In this document: positions 9,316 through 18,743 of the stretch, one piece after another
How the letters are laid out: every line of letters starts with the position of its first letter
Position numbering within the stretch: position 1 is the stretch's first letter
Source of the DNA: Bacteroidales bacterium
GTDB lineage: Bacteria; Bacteroidota; Bacteroidia; Bacteroidales; UBA12077
Assembly (NCBI GenBank): GCA_028282585.1
Contig: JANQHR010000127.1
Coordinates: 1 to 64,000, forward strand
Direction: 5' to 3'
Length of the DNA stretch: 64,000 bases
The notes under the pieces: model-generated
Told to the model about the DNA's origin: nothing
Seen by the model: the letters and a program-made list of their open reading frames with translations, nothing else
Database searches by the model: none
Made by a program: the position numbers and the translations under genes

Positions 9316-11091
9316 TTACTCGATTTCAATCTTACGGCTCATATCAAAATAAGCTGTGTGTAATAAATGATGTGCTTTTTCACTCATTGGTTTGCCTAAG
9401 AATTCCTCATACAACTTAATAATATAAGGATTTTCATGAGATTTACGGATTGGTTTGCCGGCATCTTCCTGGTAAATTGCTTTTGCACGTGCCTTAAGAA
9501 TTTCCGAATCGCTATGGTGTAATGGTTGACCACCTCCACCAATGCATCCTCCAGGACATGACATGATCTCAATTGCATGGAATTCTGATTTTCCAGCTTT
9601 GATTTCTTCAAGTAATTTACGTGCATGGCCTAATCCGTGGGCAATTCCAATGTTAATTGAAGTACCGTCAAAATCAACCGTTGCTTTACGTACAGCTTCG
9701 AAACCACGTAATTGTTCGAAGTCTAGTTTTTCCAGTTTTTTACCGGTGTGTAGTTCATACGCAGTACGGACAGCAGCTTCTATAACTCCTCCTGTTGTAC
9801 CAAAAATTACACCGGCACCTGATGATTCACCAAGAGGTTTATCAAAATCTTCGTCAGGTAAAATATTTAAATCTAAGTTTGCTTCTTTAATTAAATGCGC
9901 TAATTCACGAGTTGAGATCGAGAAATCAACATCAGGATTACCATCTACTTTAAATTCATCACGCTGAGCTTCATATTTCTTAGCCAAACAAGGCATAATA
10001 GATACTACAATCATATCTTCTCTTTTAGTGCTAATTTTATCTGCAAAATACGTTTTTGCAATTGCACCAAACATTTGCTGTGGTGAACGAGCGGTAGAAG
10101 GAATATCCTTCATTTCAGGAAAATGGTGCTCGAAGAAACTCACCCATGCAGGACAGCATGAAGTCAAGATAGGAAGTTTAACCTCTTTATCTCCGCCTAA
10201 ATGTTTTGTTAAACGGTCCAGTAACTCTGTTCCCTCTTCCATAATGGTAAGATCAGCAGCAAAATCAGTATCGAAAACATAATCAAAACCTAAGCGACGT
10301 AATGCCGAAACCATTTTACCGGTTACCAAAGTTCCTGCCTCCATTCCAAATTCCTCACCTAAAGCGGCACGTACCGCAGGAGCAGTTTGAACGATAACTT
10401 TTTTAGTTGGATCAGAAAGTGCGTTGATAACATCTCTGGTGTGATCTTTTTCTGTTAGTGCTCCAGTTGGGCAAACAGCAACACACTGACCACAATATGT
10501 ACAAGGTGAATCTTCTATATCCATTTCGAATGCAGGGCCAACCGCCGACTCAAACCCACGGTGGAAAGCAGAAAGTGCACCAACAGTTTGAAAATCGTTA
10601 CACATCATTTCGCAACGGCGGCACATAATACATTTGTCCAACTCTCGAATTATAGACGGTGAAAAATCTGTTTTATACTCAGACATTTCAGCATATTCTT
10701 GTCCTGGAATTTCTCTAATGCCTAATTTAACGGCCATATCCTGCAATTCACAATTGCCTGATTTAGCACATGTTAAACAATCTTTTGGATGATCCGAAAG
10801 AATGAATTCCATCACCGTCCTTCGTGCATTAATTACTCTCATCGAATGAGTATTCACCACCATTCCATCCCAAACTTCAGTTGAACATGAAGGTGCTAAG
10901 TTATGACGCCCCTCAACCTCAACAACACATATACGGCATCCCCCGGGTTTATTTTCAATATTTAAACCTTCCAGGTTCATGTAACATAGTACCGGGATAT
11001 CAATTCCTAATTCTTTGGCAGCTTTATAGATCGTAGTCCCTTTTTCTACTTCTATTTGCTTGTTATCTATCGTTAATTTTACTTTATCCAT
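9316..11091 (-). CDS. hndD: [FeFe]-hydrogenase group A3 catalytic subunit (HndD/HydA)
   Basis: H-cluster motifs TSCCPAW, MPCLAKKYE, EIMSCPGGCIGGGG; N-terminal 2Fe-2S, His-ligated and two 4Fe-4S motifs. Confidence 0.96.
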   Translation of the reverse strand: MDKVKLTIDNKQIEVEKGTTIYKAAKELGIDIPVLCYMNLEGLNIENKPGGCRICVVEVEGRHNLAPSCSTEVWDGMVVNTHSMRVINARRTVMEFILSDHPKDCLTCAKSGNCELQDMAVKLGIREIPGQEYAEMSEYKTDFSPSIIRELDKCIMCRRCEMMCNDFQTVGALSAFHRGFESAVGPAFEMDIEDSPCTYCGQCVAVCPTGALTEKDHTRDVINALSDPTKKVIVQTAPAVRAALGEEFGMEAGTLVTGKMVSALRRLGFDYVFDTDFAADLTIMEEGTELLDRLTKHLGGDKEVKLPILTSCCPAWVSFFEHHFPEMKDIPSTARSPQQMFGAIAKTYFADKISTKREDMIVVSIMPCLAKKYEAQRDEFKVDGNPDVDFSISTRELAHLIKEANLDLNILPDEDFDKPLGESSGAGVIFGTTGGVIEAAVRTAYELHTGKKLEKLDFEQLRGFEAVRKATVDFDGTSINIGIAHGLGHARKLLEEIKAGKSEFHAIEIMSCPGGCIGGGGQPLHHSDSEILKARAKAIYQEDAGKPIRKSHENPYIIKLYEEFLGKPMSEKAHHLLHTAYFDMSRKIEIE

Positions 11092-11106
11092 CGTTCTAAT
11101 AATTTA

Positions 11107-12900
11107 TTATTTTACAATGATTGCATCAAACTTACATCTCTCTTCGCAAGCACCACACTTAATACAAATCTCAGGATTGATATAATGTATTTCTTTTTTC
11201 TCACCAGATATTGCTCCTACCGGGCAAACTCTAGCACAAGCAGTACAACCCACGCAATTTTCTTCAACAACAGAATATGTCATTAAGTCTTTACATTGAC
11301 TTGCAAAACATTTTTTCTCCGTCACGTGAGCAACATATTCATCGTAGAAATTATCTAAAGTAGATAATATTGGATTTGGAGATGTTTGGCCTAATCCACA
11401 AAGCGAAGTATCTTTAATTACATTACTCATATTACGTAGGCGTTGAAGGTCTTCCATTTCGCCTTTCCCTTGAGTAATTCTGTCTAGTAATTCATATAAT
11501 CGTTTGTTACCAATTCTGCATGGAGAACATTTACCACAAGATTCTTCAACGGTAAAATCTAAGTAGAATTTAGCAACAGACACCATACAATCATCTTCAT
11601 CCATAACAATCATTCCACCGGAACCCATCATAGAACCAGCTGCTAATAAGTTATCGAAATCAATGGGTGTATCTAAGTGTTCTTCAGTTAAACAACCTCC
11701 TGAAGGCCCACCAGTTTGAACAGCTTTAAATTTTTTGCCATCTTTAATTCCGCCGCCAATTTCGAAAATAACTTCACGAAGGGTTGTTCCCATAGGAACC
11801 TCAATTAGGCCTACATTGTTAATTTTACCAGCAAGGGCAAATACTTTTGTACCTTTTGATTTTTCTGTTCCTATTTTATTAAACCAGCTTGCCCCTTTGT
11901 TAATAATTACCGGAATATTTGCATACGTTTCAACATTATTAACATTGGTTGGTTTTCCTAAATACCCTTTTTCTGCGGGGTACGGAGGCTTAATGGTTGG
12001 TTCACCACGTTCACCTTCCATTGAATGAATTAAGGAAGTTTCTTCGCCACAAACAAAAGCTCCGGCACCATAACGTAACTCAATATCAAATTCGAAATCG
12101 GTTCCAAAAATATTTTTACCTAATAATCCGTATTCACGAGCTTGTTCGATAGCAATTTTTAATCGTTTAATTGCCAAAGGATATTCAGCACGAATATAAA
12201 TTAAACCTTTCGTAGCTCCCATGGAGTAACCACAAATTGCCATAGCTTCAAGTACAGCATGCGGGTCGCCTTCCAAAATAGAACGGTCCATGAAAGCTCC
12301 CGGGTCACCCTCATCAGCATTGCAAACTACATATTTCTGGTCTGCATCGTTTTTAGACGCAATCTCCCATTTTAATCCGGTTGGGAAACCTCCTCCTCCA
12401 CGTCCTCTTAAACCAGATTCTTTTATTTCATTAATAACATCAGCTGGCTTCATCTCCGTTAAGCATTTCCCTAAAGCCATATAACCATCGCGAGCAATGT
12501 ATTCATCTAAATTTTCCGGATCAATAAATCCACAATTTCTTAAAGAAATACGTATTTGTTTCTTGTAGAAGTCCATATTTTTTGAATCTGCTACAATCTC
12601 CTTTTTCTCAGGATCTTTATATAATAACCTTTCAACCTGACGCCCTTTAACTAAATGTTCTTCTACTATTTCAGTTACATCTTCAGGCTTTACCTGAACA
12701 TAGAAAGTGTTATCAGGAGATACTTTTACAATAGGGCCTTTTTCACAGAAACCAAAACAACCAGTCATTATTACCTGAACATCATCCTGAAGGCCTTTAT
12801 TTTCAAGCTCCTGTTTCAGGCTCTCAACAATTGAGTCGCTTGCAGCCGCTCTACATCCGGTACCACCACAAACTAACAAATGCATTTTATATTTTGCCAT
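11107..12900 (-). CDS. hndC: [FeFe]-hydrogenase NuoF-like flavin subunit (HndC/HydB), bifurcating-type signature
   Basis: N-terminal Trx-like 2Fe-2S, GRGGGGFP, ADEGDPGAFMDR, GAFVCGEE, GGPSG, C-terminal 2x[4Fe-4S]. Confidence 0.95.
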   Translation of the reverse strand: MAKYKMHLLVCGGTGCRAAASDSIVESLKQELENKGLQDDVQVIMTGCFGFCEKGPIVKVSPDNTFYVQVKPEDVTEIVEEHLVKGRQVERLLYKDPEKKEIVADSKNMDFYKKQIRISLRNCGFIDPENLDEYIARDGYMALGKCLTEMKPADVINEIKESGLRGRGGGGFPTGLKWEIASKNDADQKYVVCNADEGDPGAFMDRSILEGDPHAVLEAMAICGYSMGATKGLIYIRAEYPLAIKRLKIAIEQAREYGLLGKNIFGTDFEFDIELRYGAGAFVCGEETSLIHSMEGERGEPTIKPPYPAEKGYLGKPTNVNNVETYANIPVIINKGASWFNKIGTEKSKGTKVFALAGKINNVGLIEVPMGTTLREVIFEIGGGIKDGKKFKAVQTGGPSGGCLTEEHLDTPIDFDNLLAAGSMMGSGGMIVMDEDDCMVSVAKFYLDFTVEESCGKCSPCRIGNKRLYELLDRITQGKGEMEDLQRLRNMSNVIKDTSLCGLGQTSPNPILSTLDNFYDEYVAHVTEKKCFASQCKDLMTYSVVEENCVGCTACARVCPVGAISGEKKEIHYINPEICIKCGACEERCKFDAIIVK

Positions 12901-12919
12901 TTTTATATCCTCCTATTTT

Positions 12920-13321
12920 TTATTTATCGTCATCAATAACTTGATAGTTTACAGGTATGATACCATCTACCAATTCTCCCTGTTTGATATACTTCTCAAT
13001 AATTTCATCGGCTTTTTCGATATCAACATAACCGAAAACAATTGGCTCTTCTTCTGGTTTTTTAACCTCTATTGTTGGTTCCGCAAAACTGTAACCCATG
13101 TCGCCAGTTTGAGTAACAACAGCTTCAATGTTTCTTTTTTCAAGAGCTTCAATCAAAAAGTCCATTACTTCTTTTGCTCCAGAAGCAATTCCGCTGGTTG
13201 CCATACCAACTTTAATTTGCACGTAGCTTTCAGGACTATCCCCTTTTTCCCTGATTTCTACTTTTGATTGCAAATCTTCTTTCATTTTTTTTAGATCTGC
13301 TAAAGTTTTGATTTTTGCCAT
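12920..13321 (-). CDS. hndB: HndB/HydD-like thioredoxin-fold subunit lacking all cysteines
   Basis: VGMATSGIASGA and TGDMGYSFAEP align with the HndB CGIAxGA and GCxGxCxxEP motifs; lies directly upstream of hndC. Confidence 0.8.
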   Translation of the reverse strand: MAKIKTLADLKKMKEDLQSKVEIREKGDSPESYVQIKVGMATSGIASGAKEVMDFLIEALEKRNIEAVVTQTGDMGYSFAEPTIEVKKPEEEPIVFGYVDIEKADEIIEKYIKQGELVDGIIPVNYQVIDDDK

Positions 13322-13411
13322 GTTTACTTATTAATTTTTAAAGTGTTATAATCTATACTATTTTACAAAGTTATTATTTCATAAATTAAGAATCATCTTA
13401 AATAACATTAC

Positions 13412-13963
13412 TTAATCATAAATTTTACATATGTCATTTACATTTTCTAATATCATTTCTTTTAAATACCCCCTTATTTTAGGATCACTAATTTTTATAT
13501 CACCCAATACTTCTTTAATATTGAGTGTATTAAACTCATACTTTTTATCATTAACCTGATGAATATATTTGAAATCGATATCCGGATTTGCTGCCGTTAG
13601 CAAAACTATAGTTCCTGCTAAATCTCCCAATGGAGGCCTATCTATATGGCCTAGTTGAAAAACCACATTGACCAACGTACCTACTCCCAAGCTGGACTGA
13701 ATTTTTAATAACCCATTTGCTTGTTCAGCTGTATGTTTGAGCAATGGTAAACCCAAGCCAACCTTTCGGGTGGTTCGGGTGGTTGTATAGGGATCCGTAA
13801 CATGAGCTAACATTTCAGTATCCATTCCTTTCCCGTTATCTTTTATTTGTAATTCAAGCTTGTTTTGCACCTGTTGCTCTCGAATAATTATTTCAATTAA
13901 GCTTGCATTCCCTCGAATTGAGTTTTGTACAATATCTAATATATGCATCGAAATATTATTCAT
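13412..13963 (-). CDS. Stand-alone HATPase_c (GHKL) kinase-like protein
   Basis: DIVQNS (N box), DNGKGM (G1), GLGL (G2), GVGT; no HisKA domain. Confidence 0.85.
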   Translation of the reverse strand: MNNISMHILDIVQNSIRGNASLIEIIIREQQVQNKLELQIKDNGKGMDTEMLAHVTDPYTTTRTTRKVGLGLPLLKHTAEQANGLLKIQSSLGVGTLVNVVFQLGHIDRPPLGDLAGTIVLLTAANPDIDFKYIHQVNDKKYEFNTLNIKEVLGDIKISDPKIRGYLKEMILENVNDICKIYD

Positions 13964-14700
13964 GAAATTAATACTTTTCTTCCATTAATCGCTTTTAAAG
14001 CAAGTTTCACTTCGTGGAATGATTTATCAAGTACTTGGAAACTTGTATAAGCATCACCAATGTTTTCCAGAAAATGAGCATCGGAACTTTGAATGAAAGA
14101 ATAATCTGCCAGGTAATTATTCTTTTCCAAAAACTCTTTTCTTGAAGCGTATTTTGAAAGCTCCAGTGCATCAATTTCTAATCCGGTTGGTATAAAACCC
14201 AGTTGACTTATGATGGAATAACTCTTTCTATCGATATGAGCCGGAATAAATAAGCCATCCAAACTATGAACTTTTTTTTCGACCTGAATAAGGCTTACAT
14301 CTAAAGCAGTTATTAAAAGTTTATCTTCCTGAGCTAAAATATTTTCATTTTTATCAACTACAACCTGGTAACCAAACTTATTTACATCATTCTTTACCAT
14401 AGGTAAATGCTCTTCCAGGTATTTCTGAAAATCAAATAATTCATCATCTTTTTCAAAGAACGCTAAGCAATGTATTTCTTCTTTCGTGGTAACTTCTGCT
14501 CCCTTTAAAACCAGGATATCATTGCTTTTTGCCAGATCTTCAACCGCTTTACAATTTCTAGTGCTGTTGTGATCTGTAATTCCCAGTATCTCAATTTTTT
14601 CTTCTTTACACCTTTTAATTATATTTTGTGGACTCATTTCCAAACTCCCACAAGGAGATAACACGGTATGTGTATGTAAATCTGCCTTGTATGAATTCAT
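13960..14700 (-). CDS. PHP-domain phosphoesterase
   Basis: DLHTHT, ITDHN, AHID, SSDAH motifs. Confidence 0.9.
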   Translation of the reverse strand: MNSYKADLHTHTVLSPCGSLEMSPQNIIKRCKEEKIEILGITDHNSTRNCKAVEDLAKSNDILVLKGAEVTTKEEIHCLAFFEKDDELFDFQKYLEEHLPMVKNDVNKFGYQVVVDKNENILAQEDKLLITALDVSLIQVEKKVHSLDGLFIPAHIDRKSYSIISQLGFIPTGLEIDALELSKYASRKEFLEKNNYLADYSFIQSSDAHFLENIGDAYTSFQVLDKSFHEVKLALKAINGRKVLIS

Positions 14701-14701
14701 C

Positions 14702-15034
14702 TTATTTTAGTAACTCATATAATTTTCCTACAATTTCAAATGTAGTTTCCGTTGTGCCAAGCACAGGAACTCCTTCTACTTCGCCTTGCTCAGCCATGTC
14801 CTCATCAGGCTTAAAACCTTTAACTAGAATGATAGCTGATAGGTCTTTTAAAGAAGCAATAGCCATTACATTTTTATGAGTTTGCAAAGTACACCATATT
14901 TGTCCCTCCTTTGCGTGCCCCATAACGTCACTTAATAGGTCAGATACATATCCTCCAGTTATTTCTTTATCAATACCTGATTGCCCTGAAAAAACTGTTA
15001 ATCCTAATTCATTTATTATATCTGATACTTTCAT
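14702..15034 (-). CDS. DRTGG-domain protein
   Basis: GGYVSDLLSDVM...TLQTHKN pattern; ATG at 15034 avoids overlap with the upstream gene. Confidence 0.8.
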   Translation of the reverse strand: MKVSDIINELGLTVFSGQSGIDKEITGGYVSDLLSDVMGHAKEGQIWCTLQTHKNVMAIASLKDLSAIILVKGFKPDEDMAEQGEVEGVPVLGTTETTFEIVGKLYELLK

Positions 15035-15045
15035 TCTATTATATT

Positions 15046-16398
15046 TTAACATTTTCTGTTTAATTTTTCATCACCCCAGATATCCTGCATTATTTGGTGT
15101 GATTCTTCCCAATCAATTATTCCTTTTTTCTCGAATATCCTTTGAATAAATATGCAGTGATTAATTACTGCACGTTCTTGAACAATATCTTCAGCTAATG
15201 CCTGGCAATTAGGTGCACCACATGCTCCACAATCCACGTCAGGAAGGCACTTTAAAATTTCTTTAACGCGGCGCATTTTCTTCATTGCCTCAGCCATATT
15301 TTCATCGAGTTTCATCATCGATCGTGGCTTAATTTTGCCAAGAGTTATTTTTTGATTTAAGTATTCTGAGTGATTAAGTATATCTTTCTTTTTATAATCA
15401 GAATAATTCTCTTTAATATAGGCGGCTCTTTTTCTTAACCGTTCAACTGTTAAGAAACGGTTTTGAGCGGTTAATACTCCTCCAGCGCAACTTTCGTCAC
15501 ATGCTCTTAACTCCAGGAAATCAACATCTTTTATTTCCTCATTCTCTATTTTCTCAAGAAAATCCATCACATTGTGCACTCCATCAATAGCCAAACATCT
15601 ACCTTCCATCATATCAGCTTCACCATTGGTTAAGCTCCAAACAGTACCTTCTGGAGAAAGCCTCTCTGCTTTAAATTTCTGGCCCGGGATATAATCGCTT
15701 CTCTTAACACTTGTATAGACTTTATTGTATATAAAATCCATATTGATTACTCCATCTATGTGAGATTTATCTTCACCAACCGGACTCTTTATTGCAGCGA
15801 TTTTTGATGCACAAGGTGTTATATAGAAAATCGCAATATCTGATTCATCTAATCCTTCGCTTATCAATTTTTGCTTATAGTATAAAGCAGCTATATCCAA
15901 TGGTGGGTGAAGCGAAATAATATTATCAACCAGCGCTGGGAATTTTACTTGTATTAAACGAACAACTGCTGGGCAGAATGAAGATATTAAAGGTTTGATG
16001 CCCTTATTTCTGTCAACATATTCTTTCATGGAGTCCTTTAAGATATCTACTCCGTGTTCTGCTTCATAAACATCTGTAAATCCGAGGCCTATTAATACAT
16101 TGTAAATCTGGGATGTTTTGATATCTTCAGGAAATTGGCCAATCAATACTGCTGGCAACAGGGCTATTCTGTGTTTATATTGAAAAATCTTGTTAAAATC
16201 ATCTTGTTCAATAATTATAGCGTTAGCTGGGCAAACCCTAAAGCATTCACCACAATCGATACAACGATTTTCAAAAAGTTCAGCGTTACCATTCCTAACA
16301 CGAATTGCCCCAGTCGGACAAATATTCATGCAATGAGAACAGCCCATACACCGATCTTTTTGAATTTTTAATGCGTGATGAAATACTTTTTGTTCCAT
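15046..16398 (-). CDS. Sensory-type (group C/D-like) [FeFe]-hydrogenase-like protein with N-terminal 2x[4Fe-4S] and C-terminal Fe-S domain
   Basis: Altered H-cluster motifs ISSFCPA, ITPCASK, ELRACDESCAGG; CGACGAPNC...C at the C-terminus. Confidence 0.85.
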   Translation of the reverse strand: MEQKVFHHALKIQKDRCMGCSHCMNICPTGAIRVRNGNAELFENRCIDCGECFRVCPANAIIIEQDDFNKIFQYKHRIALLPAVLIGQFPEDIKTSQIYNVLIGLGFTDVYEAEHGVDILKDSMKEYVDRNKGIKPLISSFCPAVVRLIQVKFPALVDNIISLHPPLDIAALYYKQKLISEGLDESDIAIFYITPCASKIAAIKSPVGEDKSHIDGVINMDFIYNKVYTSVKRSDYIPGQKFKAERLSPEGTVWSLTNGEADMMEGRCLAIDGVHNVMDFLEKIENEEIKDVDFLELRACDESCAGGVLTAQNRFLTVERLRKRAAYIKENYSDYKKKDILNHSEYLNQKITLGKIKPRSMMKLDENMAEAMKKMRRVKEILKCLPDVDCGACGAPNCQALAEDIVQERAVINHCIFIQRIFEKKGIIDWEESHQIMQDIWGDEKLNRKC

Positions 16399-16399
16399 A

Positions 16400-16819
16400 T
16401 TATATGGTTTTCAAATAAGCTATTATTTCAAGTTTTGTTCCTACTCCAACTTCACTGGTTATCTTAAAATCATCGGAATTGTTTTTAATATTTGACAATC
16501 CCATTCCTGCTCCGAATCCCATTTCTCGTACCTTTTCCGATGCTGTTGAAAAACCTTCTTCCATTGCTCTACTTATATCTTCAATACCAGGTCCTTTGTC
16601 ATTTATTTGAATTTTAATTTTATCAGTATCAATATCAATAATCACTACTCCCAAATATGCATGAGCTACAACATTTACTTCGGCCTCATACAGTGCGACA
16701 ACAGTCCGTTTAACAACCTTATGGTCTGTTATAAGCTGCTTTAAAACTTTCTTTAACTGACTTGAAGCAAAACCAGCCTTTGAAAAATCACCACCTTCTA
16801 TGTTATATTCAAAATGCAT
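16400..16819 (-). CDS. Anti-sigma-factor-type Ser/Thr kinase (RsbT/RsbW-like)
   Basis: YEAEVNVVAHA, DKGPGI, GFGAGMGL motifs. Confidence 0.85.
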   Translation of the reverse strand: MHFEYNIEGGDFSKAGFASSQLKKVLKQLITDHKVVKRTVVALYEAEVNVVAHAYLGVVIIDIDTDKIKIQINDKGPGIEDISRAMEEGFSTASEKVREMGFGAGMGLSNIKNNSDDFKITSEVGVGTKLEIIAYLKTI

Positions 16820-16820
16820 A

Positions 16821-17165
16821 TTAAAAAACAGGTTTTATTCCAGCTTTATATAATTTTCCAGCAGTTTTAAAAACTGAACTAGCACATTCAATAAGGATAA
16901 TATTATTTTCTTTCGCAAGTTCCATCATTTCTTCGGTTATTTTCTTATTTCGAGCAAAAACAATACAAGATATATCTGACATTTCTGCAGTTCGAATAGC
17001 CTGCAGGTTAGCCAACCCGGTAATTAACAGAATATTATCGGAATCCAGCGTTAAAACATCACTCATTAAATCTGATGCAAAACCTCTCTCTATTTCAGTA
17101 TTAATCATGGATTCTCCACAAATTAATTTGCCACCAATAATATCTACCACTTCTTTAATATTCAT
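16821..17165 (-). CDS. DRTGG-domain protein
   Basis: GFASDLMSDVL, LITGLAN, AIRTAEM motifs. Confidence 0.82.
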   Translation of the reverse strand: MNIKEVVDIIGGKLICGESMINTEIERGFASDLMSDVLTLDSDNILLITGLANLQAIRTAEMSDISCIVFARNKKITEEMMELAKENNIILIECASSVFKTAGKLYKAGIKPVF

Positions 17166-17223
17166 CTCGGTAAAGATTTAGTCGATTTAGTACCTTAAAA
17201 TGATTTTCGTTTTTTTCATGGTA

Positions 17224-17231
17224 CAAATATA
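17224..17231 (-). promoter_or_regulatory. Bacteroidota -7 element (TATATTTG) for the DRTGG-hnd operon
   Basis: Exact TAnnTTTG about 60 nt upstream of the start at 17165. Confidence 0.6.
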
Positions 17232-17241
17232 ATATGCTTTT

Positions 17242-17274
17242 TGTTATTTTTATAACACTGTTATTTGATTAACA
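17242..17274. promoter_or_regulatory. Tandem TGTTA-N6-TAACA operators (Rex-like)
   Basis: Boxes at 17242-17257 and 17259-17274, covering the expected -33 region. Confidence 0.7.
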
Positions 17275-17370
17275 GTAAAATAAAATAAATCTAAATAGCT
17301 AATCTAATATTTTCGACTGATTTACTGATACTTATTGTCATATTTAAAGAAATATGTTTTACAACAAATA

Positions 17371-18024
17371 TTAGGATTTTGATATAATTTGATTAGAGAT
17401 CCAAGTATACCATTGACTCATTCCAATATTCTTTGTACAAGAAATCTCCATTAATGGAACTTTACCATTTACATTATTAAGGTCTACTTTAAAACTGGAT
17501 TTATTAAAATTGGTATATTCAATCAGATCTATTTTATTTAGTAAAATAACTTTGGCTTCTCTAAATAACATAGGATATTTAATTGGTTTATCATCACCTT
17601 CGGTTGTGCTAACCAGCGCTAATTTGAATGATTCTCCTAAATCAAAATGTGAAGGGCAAACCAAATTTCCCACATTCTCTACAAAAATTATATCGAGTTT
17701 ATCCAAATTAAATTCAGGAAGCACCTTGGATATGCTATGAGAATCAAGATGACAACCACCTTCGGTATTTATCACGACAATTGGAACTCCATGCCCTTTT
17801 AAACGTTGTGCATCGCGGTCGGTAGTAATATCACCCTCAATAACTGCTATCTTAAACCTATCCTTTAAGTTTTCTAGTGTTTTTTCAAGCAATGTAGTCT
17901 TTCCGGCACCTGGCGAACTAATCATATTTACCATTAAAACATTTTTTTCTTTTAGTAGCGCTCGTACTTCGTTGGCTTTGTTCTTATTTCTGTCAAGAAC
18001 GTTCTTGCGTATTTTGATTTCCAT
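17371..18024 (-). CDS. hypB: Hydrogenase nickel-insertion GTPase HypB
   Basis: SSPGAGKTT, GCHL, ENVGNLVCP, EGDDKP, NKID; ATG at 18024 preferred over the start inside the heptamer repeat. Confidence 0.95.
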   Translation of the reverse strand: MEIKIRKNVLDRNKNKANEVRALLKEKNVLMVNMISSPGAGKTTLLEKTLENLKDRFKIAVIEGDITTDRDAQRLKGHGVPIVVINTEGGCHLDSHSISKVLPEFNLDKLDIIFVENVGNLVCPSHFDLGESFKLALVSTTEGDDKPIKYPMLFREAKVILLNKIDLIEYTNFNKSSFKVDLNNVNGKVPLMEISCTKNIGMSQWYTWISNQIISKS

Positions 18025-18032
18025 AATATCTA

Positions 18033-18088
18033 GTTTCAAGTTTCAAATTTCAGATTTTAGATTTCAGGTTTCAGACTTCAGGTTTCAC
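18033..18088. repeat. Imperfect heptamer tandem repeat (about 8 x RTTTCAR)
   Basis: gtttcaa gtttcaa atttcag attttag atttcag gtttcag acttcag gtttcac. Confidence 0.8.
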
Positions 18089-18186
18089 CGGATACTGCCG
18101 CTGCCAACTAATTTACTCTTTCACATTTTCATCGATTTACCAACCCTCAATTTTACCATTTCACCAATAAACCATCAAACCTTAAA

Positions 18187-18531
18187 CTACTTTTCTCCTT
18201 CAATACTTTCAACAATAGTTTCTCTTCCCTGGATCATTTCTAAGTCATTCGACCCGCACAACGGACAAACAAATAGCAAATCATCTATTTCGGTTTCTTC
18301 TTTACATTTTTTACACATAAACTTTATCGGCAATATTTCAAGATTTAATTTTGCTTTCTTAGCAATTGTACCTTTTACAGCACCTTCAAATACGGAACGA
18401 AAAATATCAGGCACAATCATGATCATTTTACCGAACTGAATATTAACTTTAGTAATCTTTTTAAGGTTTTCCGATTCAGCAACCTGAAACACAATTCCAA
18501 TTAATTCTTCTGCTATTTTTAGTTCATGCAT
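18187..18531 (-). CDS. hypA: Hydrogenase nickel metallochaperone HypA
   Basis: N-terminal MHE, CKKC and CPLC zinc motifs. Confidence 0.95.
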   Translation of the reverse strand: MHELKIAEELIGIVFQVAESENLKKITKVNIQFGKMIMIVPDIFRSVFEGAVKGTIAKKAKLNLEILPIKFMCKKCKEETEIDDLLFVCPLCGSNDLEMIQGRETIVESIEGEK

Positions 18532-18743
18532 AGATTTTAGTTTCTAGTTCCGAGTTGTTGCTAATTAACTTTAAAATTCCAAAAACCAAATTATATAAGA
18601 ACAATCAAATGACAATATTCAACATTTCAATTTTTAAAAGCGTTTGAATATTAACAACTTGCGATTTGATGATTATTTGACCCTTGAGATTTGTCATTTG
18701 TGATTTTAAATTTTGTTGGTTTCCTTCAAAAACTAATCAACTT

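Noticed and set aside
17972-18439. 155-aa plus-strand ORF with FQISDFRFQVSDFRF repeats
   Set aside because: Product of the heptamer repeat, antisense to hypA/hypB; no coding signature.
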